A stretch of DNA of 64,000 bases from Eledone cirrhosa (lineage: Eukaryota). The notes below the pieces were generated by a model. That model was given only the letters and a program-made list of their open reading frames with translations. It ran no database searches and was not told the origin of the DNA. Shown here in pieces: positions 1 to 13,629 of the stretch; position 1 is the stretch's first letter; each line of letters starts with the position of its first letter. The stretch is taken from positions 19,220,001-19,284,000 of the forward strand of contig OZ024756.1 of NCBI GenBank assembly GCA_964016885.1. The letters run 5' to 3'. The position numbers were made by a program, and so were the translations under genes.

Positions 1-895
1 GATGTTATTGTACATATGACACCACCTACATGGTACACATTACTATCAGAAACTCCTGTCTCACCTCCACCAGATGTTATTGTACATATGACACCACCTA
101 CATGGTACACATTACTATCAGAAACTCCTGTCTCACCTCCACCAGATGTTATTGTACATATGACACCACCTCCATGGTACACATTACTGTCAAACTCCTG
201 TCTCACCTCCACCACATGTTATTGTACATATGACACCACCTACATGGTACACATTACTGTCAGAAACTCCTGTCTCACCTCCACCACATGTTATTGTACA
301 TATGACACCACCTACATGGTACACATTACTGTCAGAAACTCCTGTTTCACCTCCACCACATCTTATTGTACACATGACACCACCTCCATGGTACACAGTA
401 TCAGAAACTCCTATCTCACCTCCACCACATGTTATTGTGCATATGGCACCACCTACATGGTACACATTACTATTGGAAACTCCTGTCTCACCTCCACCAC
501 ATCTTATTGTACATATGGCACCACCTATATGGTACACATTACTATCAGAAACTGCTATCTCACCTCCTCCACCACATGTTACTGTGCTTATGGACCACCT
601 ACATGGTACACATTACTGTTAGAAACTCCTGTCTCACCTCCACCACATGTTATTGTACATATGGCACCACCTACATGGTACACATTACTGTTAGAAACTC
701 CTGTCTCACCTCCACCACATGTTATTGTATATATGGCACCACCTATATGGTACACATTACTATCAGAAACTCCTGTCTCACCTCCTCCACACATGTTACT
801 GTGCTTATGGCACTGCCTATATGGTACACATTACTGTCAGAAACTCCTGTCTCACCTCCACATATGTTATTGTACATATGGCACCACCTATATGC
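1..895. repeat. 72-bp minisatellite, ~12 copies, open at window start
   Basis: Unit gatgttattgtacatatgacaccacctacatggtacacattactatcagaaactcctgtctcacctccacca recurs at 1, 73, 145 and onward. It explains the 24-aa periodic ORFs. Confidence 0.95.
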
Positions 896-1015
896 TAATT
901 TGCAGTTGACCATTGTTGTTTAGATATCAAAGAGGGAGGCATAGCAATTTTTGAGATGTTAAGTTTAGGCATGGTGTGTAAAAGGTTGGGAATCACTGAT
1001 ATAAGGTATATTTAA

Positions 1016-1233
1016 CCCCTTCATGTTCAAACTGGCCAAAACCGGCCAGAATTCTCTACCTCTTTCTGTTGAAACTAGCTGTAACTGGTCACTCAAACTG
1101 ATGTTAAGGTATTGTTCTCAAAATAAATACTTTCAAAATCTCATAGATTCGATATTATGTGAGATAATTATGTGAGGTAAATCCTTTACAATGAAAATAC
1201 AATAGTACATATAGAGATGTGAATGCTAAAGGG
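1016..1233 (+). mobile_element. piggyBac-type MITE (TTAA-flanked)
   Basis: TTAA|cccct...gaatgctaaaggg|TTAA; internal sequence shared with copies at 3891, 16237, 21623 and 39637. Confidence 0.8.
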
Positions 1234-1449
1234 TTAAGGGAGATATCAAATAGGTAGCTTGATGTTTATGTCTATATATGGTATGGACCTGTAACTCCTG
1301 ACGGAGTTGAAGGGGCACCCTATTGAAATAGTGTTTCTTAGGGCATTTTAAACCTGGCAGAGCCCATCTTTTCTCCAGGCACGAGTACAGCAGATTTCTT
1401 CCAGGGAAAGATAGAAAGTGAGAGAAAGAGATTTAGAGGAAGAATCGTT

Positions 1450-1600
1450 CCCAGTATTAGACTGGTACTTTTTTATTTTTTATCGACCTCAAATGGATGA
1501 AAAGCAAAGTTGACCTTGGTGAGATTTGAAGTCAGAGAGCCAGAACAAATACAGCAAAGCATTCTATCCGACATTCTAACGACTGCCAATTTGCCGCTGT
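1450..1600 (-). mobile_element. tRNA-derived SINE (Meta-domain-like family), decayed
   Basis: actggtact...ttttatcgac...ggatgaaa(g)gcaaagttgacct...gatttgaa, the same as the many copies elsewhere in the window. Confidence 0.75.
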
Positions 1601-1629
1601 CTATATATGGTATATAAAAAAATGTGAAA

Positions 1630-1835
1630 GTCTGTCCGAAGCCCAGAGACTCATCAGGTCGGTGCTTATCTCAGTTTCAAGCAACTGAGAGTATAAGACA
1701 CCCTCACTGGACAGGATGCCAGTCGGTAGCAAGGTTAGCCTCTCCTGCCCAAGCTACTACTGGCATTCATTTTCAGCTGAGTGTTTCTGGAGCAACGTGA
1801 AAGGCAGATATAAGAGACATTTGATGTAGTGTGCC
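1630..1835 (-). mobile_element. V-domain-like SINE
   Basis: Minus strand reads ctggcatcctgtccag...atactctcagttgc...gaaactgagataagcaccgacctgatgag; related copy at ~17215-17480 (+). Confidence 0.55.
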
Positions 1836-2659
1836 AGAGAGAAGATTGTAATGGTATGAACCTGTAACATGTATGGATAATGATTGGTGGGTGAATAAGT
1901 GCTGAGAAATGCCAGTGGAAGGAAGCTGCTGTGGAGGGAGACCAAGGAAAGAAGATGCAGTAGTTGTAGGCTGAAGAAGACTTGGACTGAAGTGATGAAA
2001 ACGATTCACAGGATGCTGAACTTCACATTGAAAATAATAAAAGAAAGTGGAAAATGAGTTCTCCCTAACTGTGTTAGGGAGAACTCATTGAAACCATGCA
2101 AGCATGGATAAATAGTTAGAAAATTGATGATGATAATGATGAGTGTGTGTGTATGTGTGTATGTGTGTGTGCCTGTGTACTTGTGTAAACCAGTCTGTCA
2201 AGTTGTATCTCATTATATAAAAGAAGGGAACTTAGCTGTTCAATAAATAGATATTGATAATATAAGTGCCACACTGAAATAGGTGCAGTAAGTAGCAAGC
2301 TTGATATGATTGATTAAAAAAACCCTTGAATGGTGGTCCCTAACCATGGCTACAATCCAATTACTGAAATTTTTAAAAGTGTCAAATAGTGTGTGCAATT
2401 AGTGTGTGTGTGTGTGTGTTTGTATATAGATATATGTGTATATATATATATATATATATGTGTGTATATATCTGTGTATGTATGCATGTGTGTGTATATA
2501 TATATATAATTCAAGTGAGGAAAGTTGGTTGGTCAAATAAATCCACCAACTTTAGTCATAAACAGATGTAAAGCACTCTACAACTTGTGTTCCTTAAAGT
2601 ATTATCAATAAAGTGTTAATCGGAGAGTCAGTATTAAACTGTCTCTCTTCTTTATAACA

Positions 2660-2756
<97 letters not shown>

Positions 2757-2757
<1 letters not shown>

Positions 2758-3013
2758 AATATATAATCCTTATCGATCCCTCTTCGGATTTTAGTCATCA
2801 TATTTATTGTAACACAGAGGGTGTGGTAAGATACCAGCTGGACCATAACGCACCAGAGTACTCAATACTTAGGGTAGTAGAGTGGGTGATAGGAAAAGGT
2901 ATGACCCCGACGGCAGAGCTCAAGCCGTTTCGACGGGTATTTCAGAACATTTCATCCTGAAATAGCCGTCGAAACGGCTTGAGCTCTGCCGTCGGGGTCA
3001 TACCTTTTCCTAT
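2757..3013. mobile_element. Small fold-back element with 3' half of a hammerhead ribozyme (family A, copy 1)
   Basis: Lies between (GT)n and (TA)n. Near-perfect palindrome 2889-3013; each arm reads GAAA-cggc-loop-gccg-TC-ggggtc (stem III plus GUC site). Homologues at 12440 and 47170. Confidence 0.7.
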
Positions 3014-3171
3014 ATATATATATATATATAGATATATGAGGTTATAGTGTAATAGTTCACTATTTTCATTGGTAAGATGAGTTAAGCTCAATGCACATTT
3101 TTACCCTTTGTTCTTCAGTTATAGTAGCAGAGCGCGCGCCTGCATGTGTGTCTATATATATAGATATTTAG

Positions 3172-3430
3172 TGAAGGTGCGTGTCTGAATGGTTAGAGAC
3201 TTGGATTCACAATCATGAGGTTGTGATTTTGATTCCTAGGCGGGGCAATGCATTATGCCCTTGAGCAAGACATTTTATTTCACGTTGCTCCTTCTGCCTG
3301 GAATTGCGACCGACAGATAGTATTAGCAATTGGAAAGACCAATGGAAACATTGTTTCCTCGGTCCAATTTGACGACCTCCACCCCACTTGTTAAGGAAAT
3401 GAGGTCAGGAATCTTGTTGATCAACTGTCA
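3172..3430 (+). mobile_element. tRNA-derived CORE-like SINE
   Basis: A/B-box-like head followed by ccttgagcaagaca..ttatttcacgttgctcc; homologous to 25000-25220 and 43455-43695. Confidence 0.75.
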
Positions 3431-3890
3431 ATATATGTGTGTGTGTATGTGTGTGTTTTTAACAGTTACATCATGTAAAAGTCATGTAGCTATTTAAAAC
3501 ACAGATACATACACTATTATGTACACTTGTGCTTTGTTTTCTGATTGTATTACACACATATCTACTGTAGTGTGTCCCTGTTCTACTACATATATATACA
3601 CAGTGGAATATTGTTAGCAATCAGGTGATAGATGTACTAATGCAAATATTTACATAACTAGTAACTAACGTTAAACCATACAACAGAGTAGAGATAAACT
3701 ATCTCTAAGTTATCAGTAATCCTGATCTGTGACACAGCTTTGATACCTGGTTGACTCATTTTCATTTCACAGTTCTACCTGCGATTCCTGATAAACAGAG
3801 GTGTAACTAAGGTATGTCAAGCAAGCACGGCATATGTCATGAGCACCACTTGAAGGGAGCACCACCTGAACTAAGAACACTTTCTAATAA

Positions 3891-4276
3891 CCCTTTAGCA
3901 TTTACTTTACTCTATTGTATTTTCATGGTAAAAGTTTTAGCTCACATAATGTCGAATCTATGAGATTTTGATATTTATTTTGAGGCAGTGGGTTGGCAGC
4001 GTTCGACAACATGCTTAGCAGCATAGAGTTACGTCCCTTTACGATCTGATTTCAAATCCCGGCGAAGTTAACTTTGCCTTTCATCCTTACGGAGTCGATA
4101 AAATAAAGTGCCAGTAATGCACTGAAATAATTACTGGCCTTGTGCCTAAAGTAGAAACAATTATTTATTTTGAGAACAATACCTTAACATCAGAATGACT
4201 GCCCAGTTATGGTCAGTTTGAACAGAAAGAGTCGAGAGAATTCTGGCGGGATACAGCTGGTTTAAATGCTAAACAG
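3891..4276 (-). mobile_element. piggyBac-type MITE interrupted by a SINE
   Basis: ccctttagcattta...taaatgctaaa termini. SINE at 3985-4161 is flanked by the 13-bp TSD tatttattttgag (3972-3984 and 4162-4174). Confidence 0.8.
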
Positions 4277-4909
4277 AGAAATCTTCTTTAAATGTTGAAA
4301 AAAAAAAGAAACTTCTTCAGATGTATGCTGTATTTGAATATCATGGATGAGAAAAAGCACTATGCAATTGGTATTTTGGTATTTTTGAATTGATTTTATG
4401 GTTATCTGATAGATGGGTGTCAGATGTTTGGGCAGGGGCACAGTTTCACTGCTTTCCATAGCTGCTATTTTCCCTAGTTACACCTCTGCAGATAGATCAG
4501 CTCACACCAAGCTAACTTTTTCACAAAACATTTATGAATCATCAAAACTTAACAGAATATCTTTTATTCCATTAAAGTATGCAGCAGTGATGTAAACTGT
4601 GTGTTAAATAAAGTAAGCACTTAACATTTTATCAAAATCCAGTCCACAATAAATCTCACTTTTGTTATTCATTTTTAAGCACAAGCCAGTGAGAAAGCCT
4701 CTACATGGTTGCTCACCCTGCTAGAAATAGCAGACAAATCTCCTTCAAATCACACTCCTGCTGTATTAGAAAAGGAAAGATAGACAGGAATATATGATAG
4801 TAATAATGGTAATATTCTAAGTACAAAACTCATTACAAATTAGCCATGGAAACACTCTAAATACATCCAACATTCATAGTAGTCTCTCAGAGAGGAAAAC
4901 AATGCCATG

Positions 4910-5150
4910 TTTGTAGGGGTTGGTAAAATATAGGACCGGTCTAGGGTGATGTATTGGCAGAATTATAGTGTAGGGGTTGATAAAATATACGACCTGTCTA
5001 GGGCAGTGGATTGGTAGAATTATAGAACAGGGGTTGATAAAATATAGGACCAGTCTGGGGCAGTGGATTGGCAGAATTATAGTGTAAGGGCTGGTAAAAT
5101 ATAGGACCAGTATATGGTGGTGGATTGACAGATTTGTTATAGTGTTGGAT
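4910..5150. repeat. Degenerate ~58-bp tandem repeat, ~4 copies
   Basis: Recurring gtaggggttggtaaaatataggaccggtctagggcagtggattggcagaattatagt. Confidence 0.75.
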
Positions 5151-5494
5151 ACAAAAAGACAGGGATGGTGGGTACAATAAAATCAAATAAAAAAAAAATA
5201 AAATTAACAATTACAATAATAAAAATTCCCCAATAGGGGGGAGAACCACCCAGGAGTGACTCAGGTATCCCATTAATCCTGAACCACCTGACACTTCAAG
5301 GATACCCCTCTCATCCTCAAATCAACCAGCCTACAAGCGCATGCTCAGAGTAGGCCCAATAACAATAACAATAATAACCTGTCAGCCAGATAAAACAGTA
5401 TCCAGAAGAAAGCTGTTTAAAACTCATCAATAAAATCATTCTTCTTCAAAATGATCTATTGATCTGACATAGTCTGCCATTACTGCAACAGGCG

Positions 5495-7103
5495 CTGTTT
5501 TACTGTACTGGTTGGCAATGTCCCAAGGCCATTCATATCTACCACTACCACACTGTGCTGGATGGCTATGACCCAAGGCCAGTCAAATCTACCACTACCA
5601 CATTGTACTGGAAGGCTATGACCCAAGGCCAGTCAAATCTACCATTCCACACTCTATTGGATGGTTATGACCCAAGGCCATTCAAATCTACCACTACCAC
5701 ACTGTGCTGGATGGCTATGACCCAAGGCCAGTCAAATCTACCATTCCACACTATTGGATGGTTATGACCCAAGACCAGTCAAATCTACCATTCCACACTC
5801 TATTGGATGGCTATGACCCAAGGCCAGTCAAATCTACCACTACCACACTGTGCTGGATGGCTATTACCCAAGGCCAGTAAAATCTACCATTCCACACTCT
5901 ATTGGATGGCTATGACCCAAGACTAGTCAAATCTACCATTCCACACTCTATTGGATGGTTATGACCCAAGGCCAGTCAAATCTACCATTCCACACTCTAT
6001 TGGATGGCTATGACCCAAGACCAGTCAAATCTACCATTCCACACTCTATTGGATGGTTATGACCCAAGACCAGTCAAATCTACCATTCCACACTCTATTG
6101 GATGGCTATGACCCAAGACCGGTCAAATCTACCACTACCACACTCTACTGGATGGCTATGACCCAAGGTCGTTCAAATCTACCACTACCACACTGTACTG
6201 GATGGCTATGACCCAAGGTCGTTCAAATCTACCACTACCACACTGTACTGGATGGCTATGACCCAAGACCAGTCAAATCTACCATTCCACACTCTATTGG
6301 ATGGCTATGACCCAAGACTAGTCAAATCTACCATTCCACACTCTATTGGATGGTTATGACCCAAGGCCAGTCAAATCTACCATTCCACACTCTATTGGAT
6401 GGCTATGACCCAAGACCAGTCAAATCTACCATTCCACACTCTATTGGATGGTTATGACCCAAGACCAGTCAAATCTACCATTCCACACTCTATTGGATGG
6501 CTATGACCCAAGACCGGTCAAATCTACCACTACCACACTCTACTGTATGGCTATGACCCAAGGTCGTTCAAATCTACCACTACCACACTGTACTGGATGG
6601 CTATGACCCAAGGTCGTTCAAATCTACCACTACTACACTGTACTGGATGGCTATGACCCAAAGCCAAACAAATCTACCACTACCACACTGTACTGGATGG
6701 CTATGACCCAAGGTCGTTCAAACCTACCACTACCACACTGTACTGGATGGCAATGACCCAAGACCAGTCAAATCTACCACTACCACATTGTACTGGATGG
6801 CTATGACCCAAGGTCGTTCAAATCTACCACTACCACACTGTACTGGATGGCTATGACCCAAGGCTGTTCAAATCTACCATTCCACACTCTACTGGATGGC
6901 AATGACCCAAGACCAGTCAAATCTACCACTACCACACTGTACTGGATGGCTATGACCCAAGGCTGTTCAAATCTCCCACTCCACACTGAATCACACCACT
7001 CTACACTGTACTGGATATCTATGACCCAAGGCCAAACAAATCTACCACTACTACACTGTACTGGATGGCTATGACCCAAGGCCATTCAAAACTACCATTC
7101 CAC
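5495..7103. repeat. 49/50-bp minisatellite, ~32 copies
   Basis: Unit ggatggctatgacccaagaccagtcaaatctacca(ct/tt)ccacactctatt and variants. Confidence 0.95.
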
Positions 7104-8154
7104 CCATACATTTTCTTTTTATTTTCTGTTACCATCAACATCTACCTTGAGTCTATCTTCCAAACTCCACATACAAATCAAGTGGAGCAAGGTGTACCAG
7201 GTCAGTTTCACATAAGGTAGAGAAAATTTAGAATGTCAGCATGGAAAAGTAGACAGAAAGAAAAAAAATTATGATGATCATTATTATTTATTACAATCTA
7301 ACTAGACTATAAAAAAAAAAAGGATTTGTGTCAAAGGACATCCAGCCCCCCCCCCCCCCCCCCCCCCAACTGCCTCGAGACAACTCCTATCCAACCCATG
7401 CTACCATGGGAAAATGGAGAGAAAAAAAATGATGATTAAAAGGGTTGCTGCCAGGAGGGACAGCCAGCTTCCACCACCACAAAAGAAAAAAAAAACCTAC
7501 CTCAAAAAACCCTTTTCAACCCATACCACCATGGAAAAGTGGACAGAAAAATCCTGATTAAAAGGGCTGCTGTTAGGAAGGACATCCAGTAAAAATATAA
7601 CATTACCTTGAGAAAACCCTAAAAAAAAAAACACTGCCTCAAAAAACCCTATACCTGCATGGAAAAGTGGACAGAAAGAAAAAATATATAATGATCATCA
7701 TTATTATTTATTATTTATCACAATCTAACTAGACTATAAAAAAAAATAGCAATTTATATTTCCTTTGATAACCCAAGGTAAATTTTTGCTGGCAATGGAG
7801 TATATTTGATTTTATACTCCAGCAAACTTACTGTATTGATTTTATTGATCACAGATAGATGAAAGGTAAAGAGAACTCCACCAGAATTTGAACTCAAACT
7901 GTTCATAAAAAAAAAACTATAAATATGATAAATAAAAATAGAATCTAGTAGTCCATAGTTTCTGACACCTCGTCACTTTATACTTTATGGTGAAAATATC
8001 CTTCATCAAAGAGTAGAGTCTGTTGTCACAGCAGCGTGATATCATTTTCCTAATGTCATTTGAATGTTTGAATGTGTATGTAATAGATGAAACATAGTAA
8101 GTCAACATTATCCTCCATGTTCACACACACAGGTGGTGAAATTTGAATCCAGAA

Positions 8155-8885
8155 ACAAAAGTGGTCGTGTAGGTGTCATGACAAAAAGCACCTGGCCCAC
8201 ACTGTAAAGTGGTTGTGTAGGTGTCATGACAAAAAGCACCCAGCACACACTGTAAAGTGGTCGTGTAGGTGCCATGACAAAAAGCACCCAGCACACACTG
8301 TAAAGTGGTCGTGTAAGTGTCATGACAAAAAGCACCCAGCACACACTGTAAAGTGGTTGTGTAGGTGCCATGACAAAAAGCACCCAGCACACACTGAAAA
8401 GTGGTTGTGTAAGTGTCATGACAAAAAGCACCCAGCACACACTGTAAAGTGGTTGTGTAGGTGTCACGACAAAAAGCACCTGGCCCACACTGTAAAGTGG
8501 CCGTGTAGGTGTCATGACAAAAAGCACCCAGCCCACACTGTAAAGTGGTCGTGTAGGTGTCATGACAAAAAGCACCCAGCACACACTGTAAAGTGGTCGT
8601 GTAGGTGTCATGGCAAAAAGTACCCAGCACACACTGAAAAGTGGTTGTGTAAGTGTCATGACAAAAAGCACCTGGCCCACACTGTAAAGTGGTTGTGTAG
8701 GTGTCACAACAAAAAGCACCTGGCCCACACTGTAAAGTGGTCGTGTAGGTGTCATGACAAAAAGCACCCAGCACACACTGTAAAGTGGTTGTATAGGAGT
8801 CATGGCAAAAAGCACCCAGCCCACACTGTAAAGTAGTCATGTAGGTGTCACAGCAAAAAATCACCCAGCACACACTGTAAATGTG
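8155..8885 (+). repeat. 48-bp SINE-derived minisatellite, ~15 copies
   Basis: Unit gtggtcgtgtaggtgtcatgacaaaaagcacccagcacacactgtaaa; runs directly into the SINE 3' part. Confidence 0.95.
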
Positions 8886-9045
8886 GTTGGCGTCAGGAAG
8901 GGCATCCAGCTGTAGAAATCTAGTTAGAAACAGTTCTGTATTAGCAGGATACGGTCATCCGACCCAACCTGCCTCAAAATGGAACAACCAGTCTAATCCC
9001 TGCTAGCATGGAAGGTGGGCGTTAAACAGTGACGATGATGATGAT
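8886..9045 (+). mobile_element. SINE 3' part with RTE-type tail (GAT)n
   Basis: ggcgtcaggaagggcatccagctgtagaaa...tgctagcatggaaggtgggcgttaaac..gatgatgatg. Confidence 0.8.
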
Positions 9046-10029
9046 ACACTGCAGTACAACATTTTGTCCAACACTCTACCGAACAAAACAGCTAATCCAC
9101 TGATTTTGGACTGGACTAATATTTTATTTATCTATCGACCAAGTGTGAAACTTGAACCCAGAACACAAAAAGATGGAACACACAGACACTGCACAGCATT
9201 TTTTCCAATGCTCTACCAATTCAGCCAATCCACTGTTTCTGGACTGATCAGGTCAGGCTTTTGCCTGTCACTGGTACCATGTAACCCTGTACAACCTGCT
9301 TCATGGTCGAGTGGTCAGCAACTAAACTGACTCCTCCACCAGACTCTGGTCTGGTGAGAAGTGTAAGTAGAATCCCAGCAGCATCAAAAAAACAAGAGCT
9401 GTAAAAAGGGCAAATGAACTCCTCAGAGTCAACGGCCATCCACCCCAACTACAGGTTAAATAACCTCACCAAGCTGCAATTGGCCAAGCATGGTGAATAC
9501 AGCTACACTCCTGAAGACATGACCAAAACTAAACAGAAAGCAGTGGAGGAGGTCAACCAGGGAGGAGTTCCTCTAACAGGAGTAAGAAAGCCCTAAATCA
9601 GATCAGATTGGATTGGATTTTATTTTATTTATTGACAACTCTGAAAGGATGAAAGCCAAAGTTGATGTCACAATGAGACCAGGGAGAGGTTCCTCCAACC
9701 AGAGTGAGAATGTCCTAGATCGGATTGGATTGGATTGGATTTTAAGTATTTATTGACAATTCTGAAAGTATGAAAGCCAAAGCTGATGTCAGAGAGATTT
9801 TAAACTCAGAGCTACACCGGTGGTGTGGGGAAAGAGTGGTGTGGGGAAGAGTGGTGTAGGGAAAGAGCAGAGATTGGAGCAGGGGGGGGGGGCAGAGATT
9901 GGAGCAGGGGAGGTGCAGGGGTAAGAGTTAGCACAGATGAATACTGTAAATATTGTAAAACATTCCATCCTATACTTTCACTGCTTTGTGAAACAACTAA
10001 CAAATCACTGAAGAGACAGAGACTAACAG

Positions 10030-10410
10030 AGAAGAGACAAAGACAGACAGACCAAACATCACTGCCTTGTATGTGAAATTACTAACAGAATAAGTAGAGG
10101 CCAATGGCCGAAGCCGAGGCAGACCAAAAATCACTGCCTCATCATCATCATCACCGTTTCATATTCATTTTCCATGCTAGCATAGGTTTATGAAATTACT
10201 TACAGAAGAAACAGAGGCAAAAGATAGCGACAGACCAAACATCACTGCCTTGTATGTGAAATTATTAACAGAAGAAATAGAGACAGAAGACAGGGGCAGG
10301 CCAAACATCACTGCCTCGTATGTGAAATTATTAACAGAAGAAATAGAGACAGAAGACAGAGGCAGGCCAAACATCACTGCCTCGTATGTGAAATTACTTA
10401 CACAGAAGAA
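10030..10410. repeat. 66-bp tandem repeat, ~5 degenerate copies
   Basis: ccaaacatcactgcctcgtatgtgaaattattaacagaagaaatagagacagaagacaggggcagg at 10301 and 10367, with looser copies upstream. Confidence 0.85.
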
Positions 10411-11071
10411 ATTGAGGCAAGAGGCAGAAGCAGACACTCCACCCCCCAAATAAAGAAAGAAACAACACACAACCATTCTGCTTGAAATAATTACTTACAG
10501 AACAATACAAATTCAGAATAACACTATTCTTTGTTACCGTATTTGAATTTCACTGCTACTTTCAGTCTAGAGATTTAGTTCATTAAATCTTCTATACCAG
10601 CTTCTAAACAACTGCTCACTCGTTGCCCAAATAACTAGAAACTAGTACAAGCTTACAATAAAAGTCAGCTACTTTCGTAGATTTTTGCACAAAAATATCC
10701 AAGTTGAACTGATTTTCAATCAATCAGAAGATCAATACAACGACACAATTACAGCTGCAACAAAACCTAATAAGCACTCTAGCACTTACATACAAGTTGA
10801 AACTTGCATGCTTTTACGAGAAATTACTGCTTTCACAGAGAGACTGTGTGTGTGTGTTCAAGTATAACACTTTCTATCTATCTATCTATTAATATATACA
10901 CACACACATACATATATACACTATCATCATCATGTATATACTTGCTTATTTTATTTGTTTCAGTCAGTAGACAGCGACCATGCTGGAGCACTGCTTTGAG
11001 TCAAGCAATCAAATTGATTTTCAAGTCTTGTCAGACTCTTTCTGTCAAATTGCTGGGTTATAGGACAGACA

Positions 11072-11155
<84 letters not shown>

Positions 11156-11212
11156 TAAAAAAATAATGAATAAAACAATGAAACAGTTCCTTATATTAAA
11201 CAAAAAAAGTTC

Positions 11213-11360
11213 ATTATTTAACGATCGTTTCTAGGATATATATGTGTTAGAATTGGCATGCATATTCAACAGATCTATGTACAAAATTATACAAAATTAT
11301 ACAAACTATCAAAATTAAATATACATACCAACACATATATATGCCGTCTTCAGAAATAAT
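11213..11360 (-). ncRNA. Type I hammerhead ribozyme, mirror copy
   Basis: Reverse-complement arm of the palindrome carries the same motif. Confidence 0.75.
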
Positions 11361-11364
11361 CTGA

Positions 11365-11510
11365 ATTATTTCTGAAGACGGCATATATGTGTTGGTATGT
11401 ATATTTAATTTTGATAGTTTGTATAATTTTGTATAATTTTGTACATAGATCTGTTGAATATGCATGCCAATTCTAACACATATATATCCTAGAAACGATC
11501 GTTAAATAAT
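11365..11510 (+). ncRNA. Type I hammerhead ribozyme with long stem II
   Basis: Stem I attattt, CTGAAGA (11372-11378), long imperfect stem II (atatatgtgtt...aacacatatat), GAAA (11492-11495), palindromic cgatcg, TT, aaataat. Confidence 0.8.
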
Positions 11511-11734
11511 GAACTTTTTTTGTTTAATATAAGGAACTGTTTCATTGTTTTATTCATTATTTTTTTAATATTTTATCTTGACTCTGTATTCCGTTTATCT
11601 TTCACCGAAAGTGATTTTTCATTGCATCTCTTCTTTCCATGATATCCGGATTACATTGAGTTCTTCATACGGATTTGACACTACCGTAAACTCTTGGTAG
11701 ATTTATCTACATATATATATATATATACAGTAAC

Positions 11735-12090
11735 CATGCTTTGTTGGATGTGCTATGTAACTGTGAGAGAAAGAAGGCAGAGCTTGGATAAACTGGGTCT
11801 AAGAGAAATCCGAAATGGTGTGCAAGAGAAAAGACTGTGTTCGTATGGACATGTGATGCACATGGATGATGATCGATGGGTGAAGAAGTGCCAGGAAATA
11901 CCAGTGGAAGCAAGCCGCAGTAGAGGTAAACTAAGAAAGACTTGGGCAGAGATAGCGAGATCTGACCTCAAATTGTTGAGACTCACAGAAGAGATGGCAA
12001 AGGAACACAACACGTGGAGATATGCTGTGTTAAAAAGGACCTGTCCAACCCATGCAACTGTGGAAAAATGGACATAAAAACGATGATGGT
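11735..12090 (+). mobile_element. RTE-clade LINE 3' fragment
   Basis: Translates as ..MLCWMC..VQEKRLCSYGHVMHMDD..RGKLRKTWAEIARSDL.., the RTE ORF C-terminus, followed by a gatgatg tail. Confidence 0.85.
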
Positions 12091-12284
12091 GACACATAAC
12101 AGGCTTCTGTAGTTTCTGTTTACCAAATTCTGTTCGCAAGGAATTGGTCAGACCAAAGCTGAAGTAGAAGATACTTGTCCATGTTGCTGCATAATGAGAC
12201 AGAACCGACGACCAACAGGTTGCAAAGCAAACTTCTCAAAGCACTCATATATATATATAGGTATATATATATATATATATATAT

Positions 12285-12412
12285 ACAAGTCCCTGGTTCA
12301 ATCGGCGGTAACCACAGTAAGGTACTCAATATATTAGTAGAGTGTATACAACAAAATTTAATATAGAAATGGCTTCTACAAGACTAGAACTGTTTCATTT
12401 GAAGGAAATCAT
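12285..12412 (-). mobile_element. Truncated hammerhead element (family B)
   Basis: Minus strand: atga-tttccttcaaat-GAAA-cag..tg-TA-gaagcc, then ctctac..tattgagtacc..gtggttacc. (TA)n on both sides; homologous to 56365-56530. Confidence 0.7.
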
Positions 12413-12439
12413 ATATTTATATATATATATATATATAGA

Positions 12440-12640
12440 TAACAATGGAAGTGTGGTAAGGAACCAGGTGGACCATAACGCACCAGAGTACTCAATACTA
12501 TGGGTAGTAGAGTGGGTAATAGGATAATAGGAAAAGAGTCAGGACCCCGACGGCTGAGCTCTGGCCGTTTCGACAGCTAGTTCTGAACTAGCTGTCAAAA
12601 CGGCCGGAGCTCAACTCAGCTGTCTAGTCTCAACTCTTTA
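12440..12640. mobile_element. Fold-back element family A, copy 2
   Basis: Homologous to 2820-2930; inverted about gacagctagttc-t-gaactagctgtc (centre 12584). Confidence 0.7.
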
Positions 12641-12650
12641 TATAACATAT

Positions 12651-12838
12651 ATCATCATCATCATCATTTTACGTCCGCTTTTCCCTGCTTGCAAGGGTGG
12701 GACGGGTCTTATTCAGCACAGCATCTCTCCACTCGTCACGGTCCTTCGTCATCTCCACCGTGAGCTTCAATGATCTGAGGTCTGTTCTCACCACCACCGC
12801 CCATGTTTTTCGTGTTCTACCTCTACCACGTCTTCCTT
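12651..12838 (-). mobile_element. RTE LINE 3' end
   Basis: Minus strand reads ..RRGRGRTRKTWAVVVRTDLRSLKLTVEMTKDRDEWRDAVLNKTRP.. followed by a (GAT)n tail. Confidence 0.85.
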
Positions 12839-13461
12839 CAGAATATAGTGGTAATAAGTTGGTAGAATACCCAAGGTATAGAGCAACTCAAGTCCATAGG
12901 GCAAGTTTTAATATAATTATTAAAGCCAGTTACTCCAACGGAGCCATACCAGAAATGTTTGTTTAGTTGTTTTGGAGGACCAACTTTTTCAAACAGCTAT
13001 TTCCAGTTCCTTTCCACTGGCACAGGTTGAGAAAGTTGGTCCTCCAGGCCAACAAAACGTACATTCCTGGTATGGCTCCGTTGTAGTAACAAGCCTTAAT
13101 ATTTATGTAATTGTGATTGGTATTAGGAAGGGCATCCAGCTGCAAATACCCCGGCCAAATTTACAGTCACATCAGAGCATGGTATGGTATGGCATGGCCA
13201 ATCCTGGCCAGACTTCTCTCTCACAAGGACAACCCATCTGACCCATGCGAGCCAGGAAAATGGACATTAAACAATGATGATATCTATATTCGCCGGGGCT
13301 ACGAAGAAAGATTAGGTAAATTTTGTCTATTCTTCACACTTATAATTTTAAGTGTGTGTGTGTATGTGTGAGTGTGTGTACAGCTATATACACACACACA
13401 CACATATATATGTGTGTATAGCTTGCAAGCAGTGAAAAGCGGACGAAAAATGATGATGATG

Positions 13462-13501
<40 letters not shown>

Positions 13502-13629
13502 TTCTTATCACATTCTTTTGTAGCAGCATTAAAGTGGAAAGAATAGCAAAGAAATGGAAAAAAAAGTAGAAAAAGATTGAACACTGAAAACATGCTGATA
13601 CCTGTATAAGTAACTCTTTATCTTGAAAG

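Larger units (their letters stand above)
11147..11710. mobile_element. Fold-back hammerhead-bearing element between (TA)n tracts (Penelope-like pLTR or retrozyme)
   Basis: ~430-bp palindrome 11147-11576 with 4-nt loop ctga (11361-11364), then a unique tail to (TA)n at 11711. Partial second copy at 47330-47443. Confidence 0.75.

Noticed and set aside
16-923. Long ORFs of 130-297 aa
   Set aside because: Translations of a 72-bp minisatellite that is open in several frames.
3773-3811. 39-nt AG..GT exon-like segment (FYLRFLINRGVTK)
   Set aside because: The donor lies inside a repeat also seen at about 39870-39935, and there are no supporting neighbouring exons.
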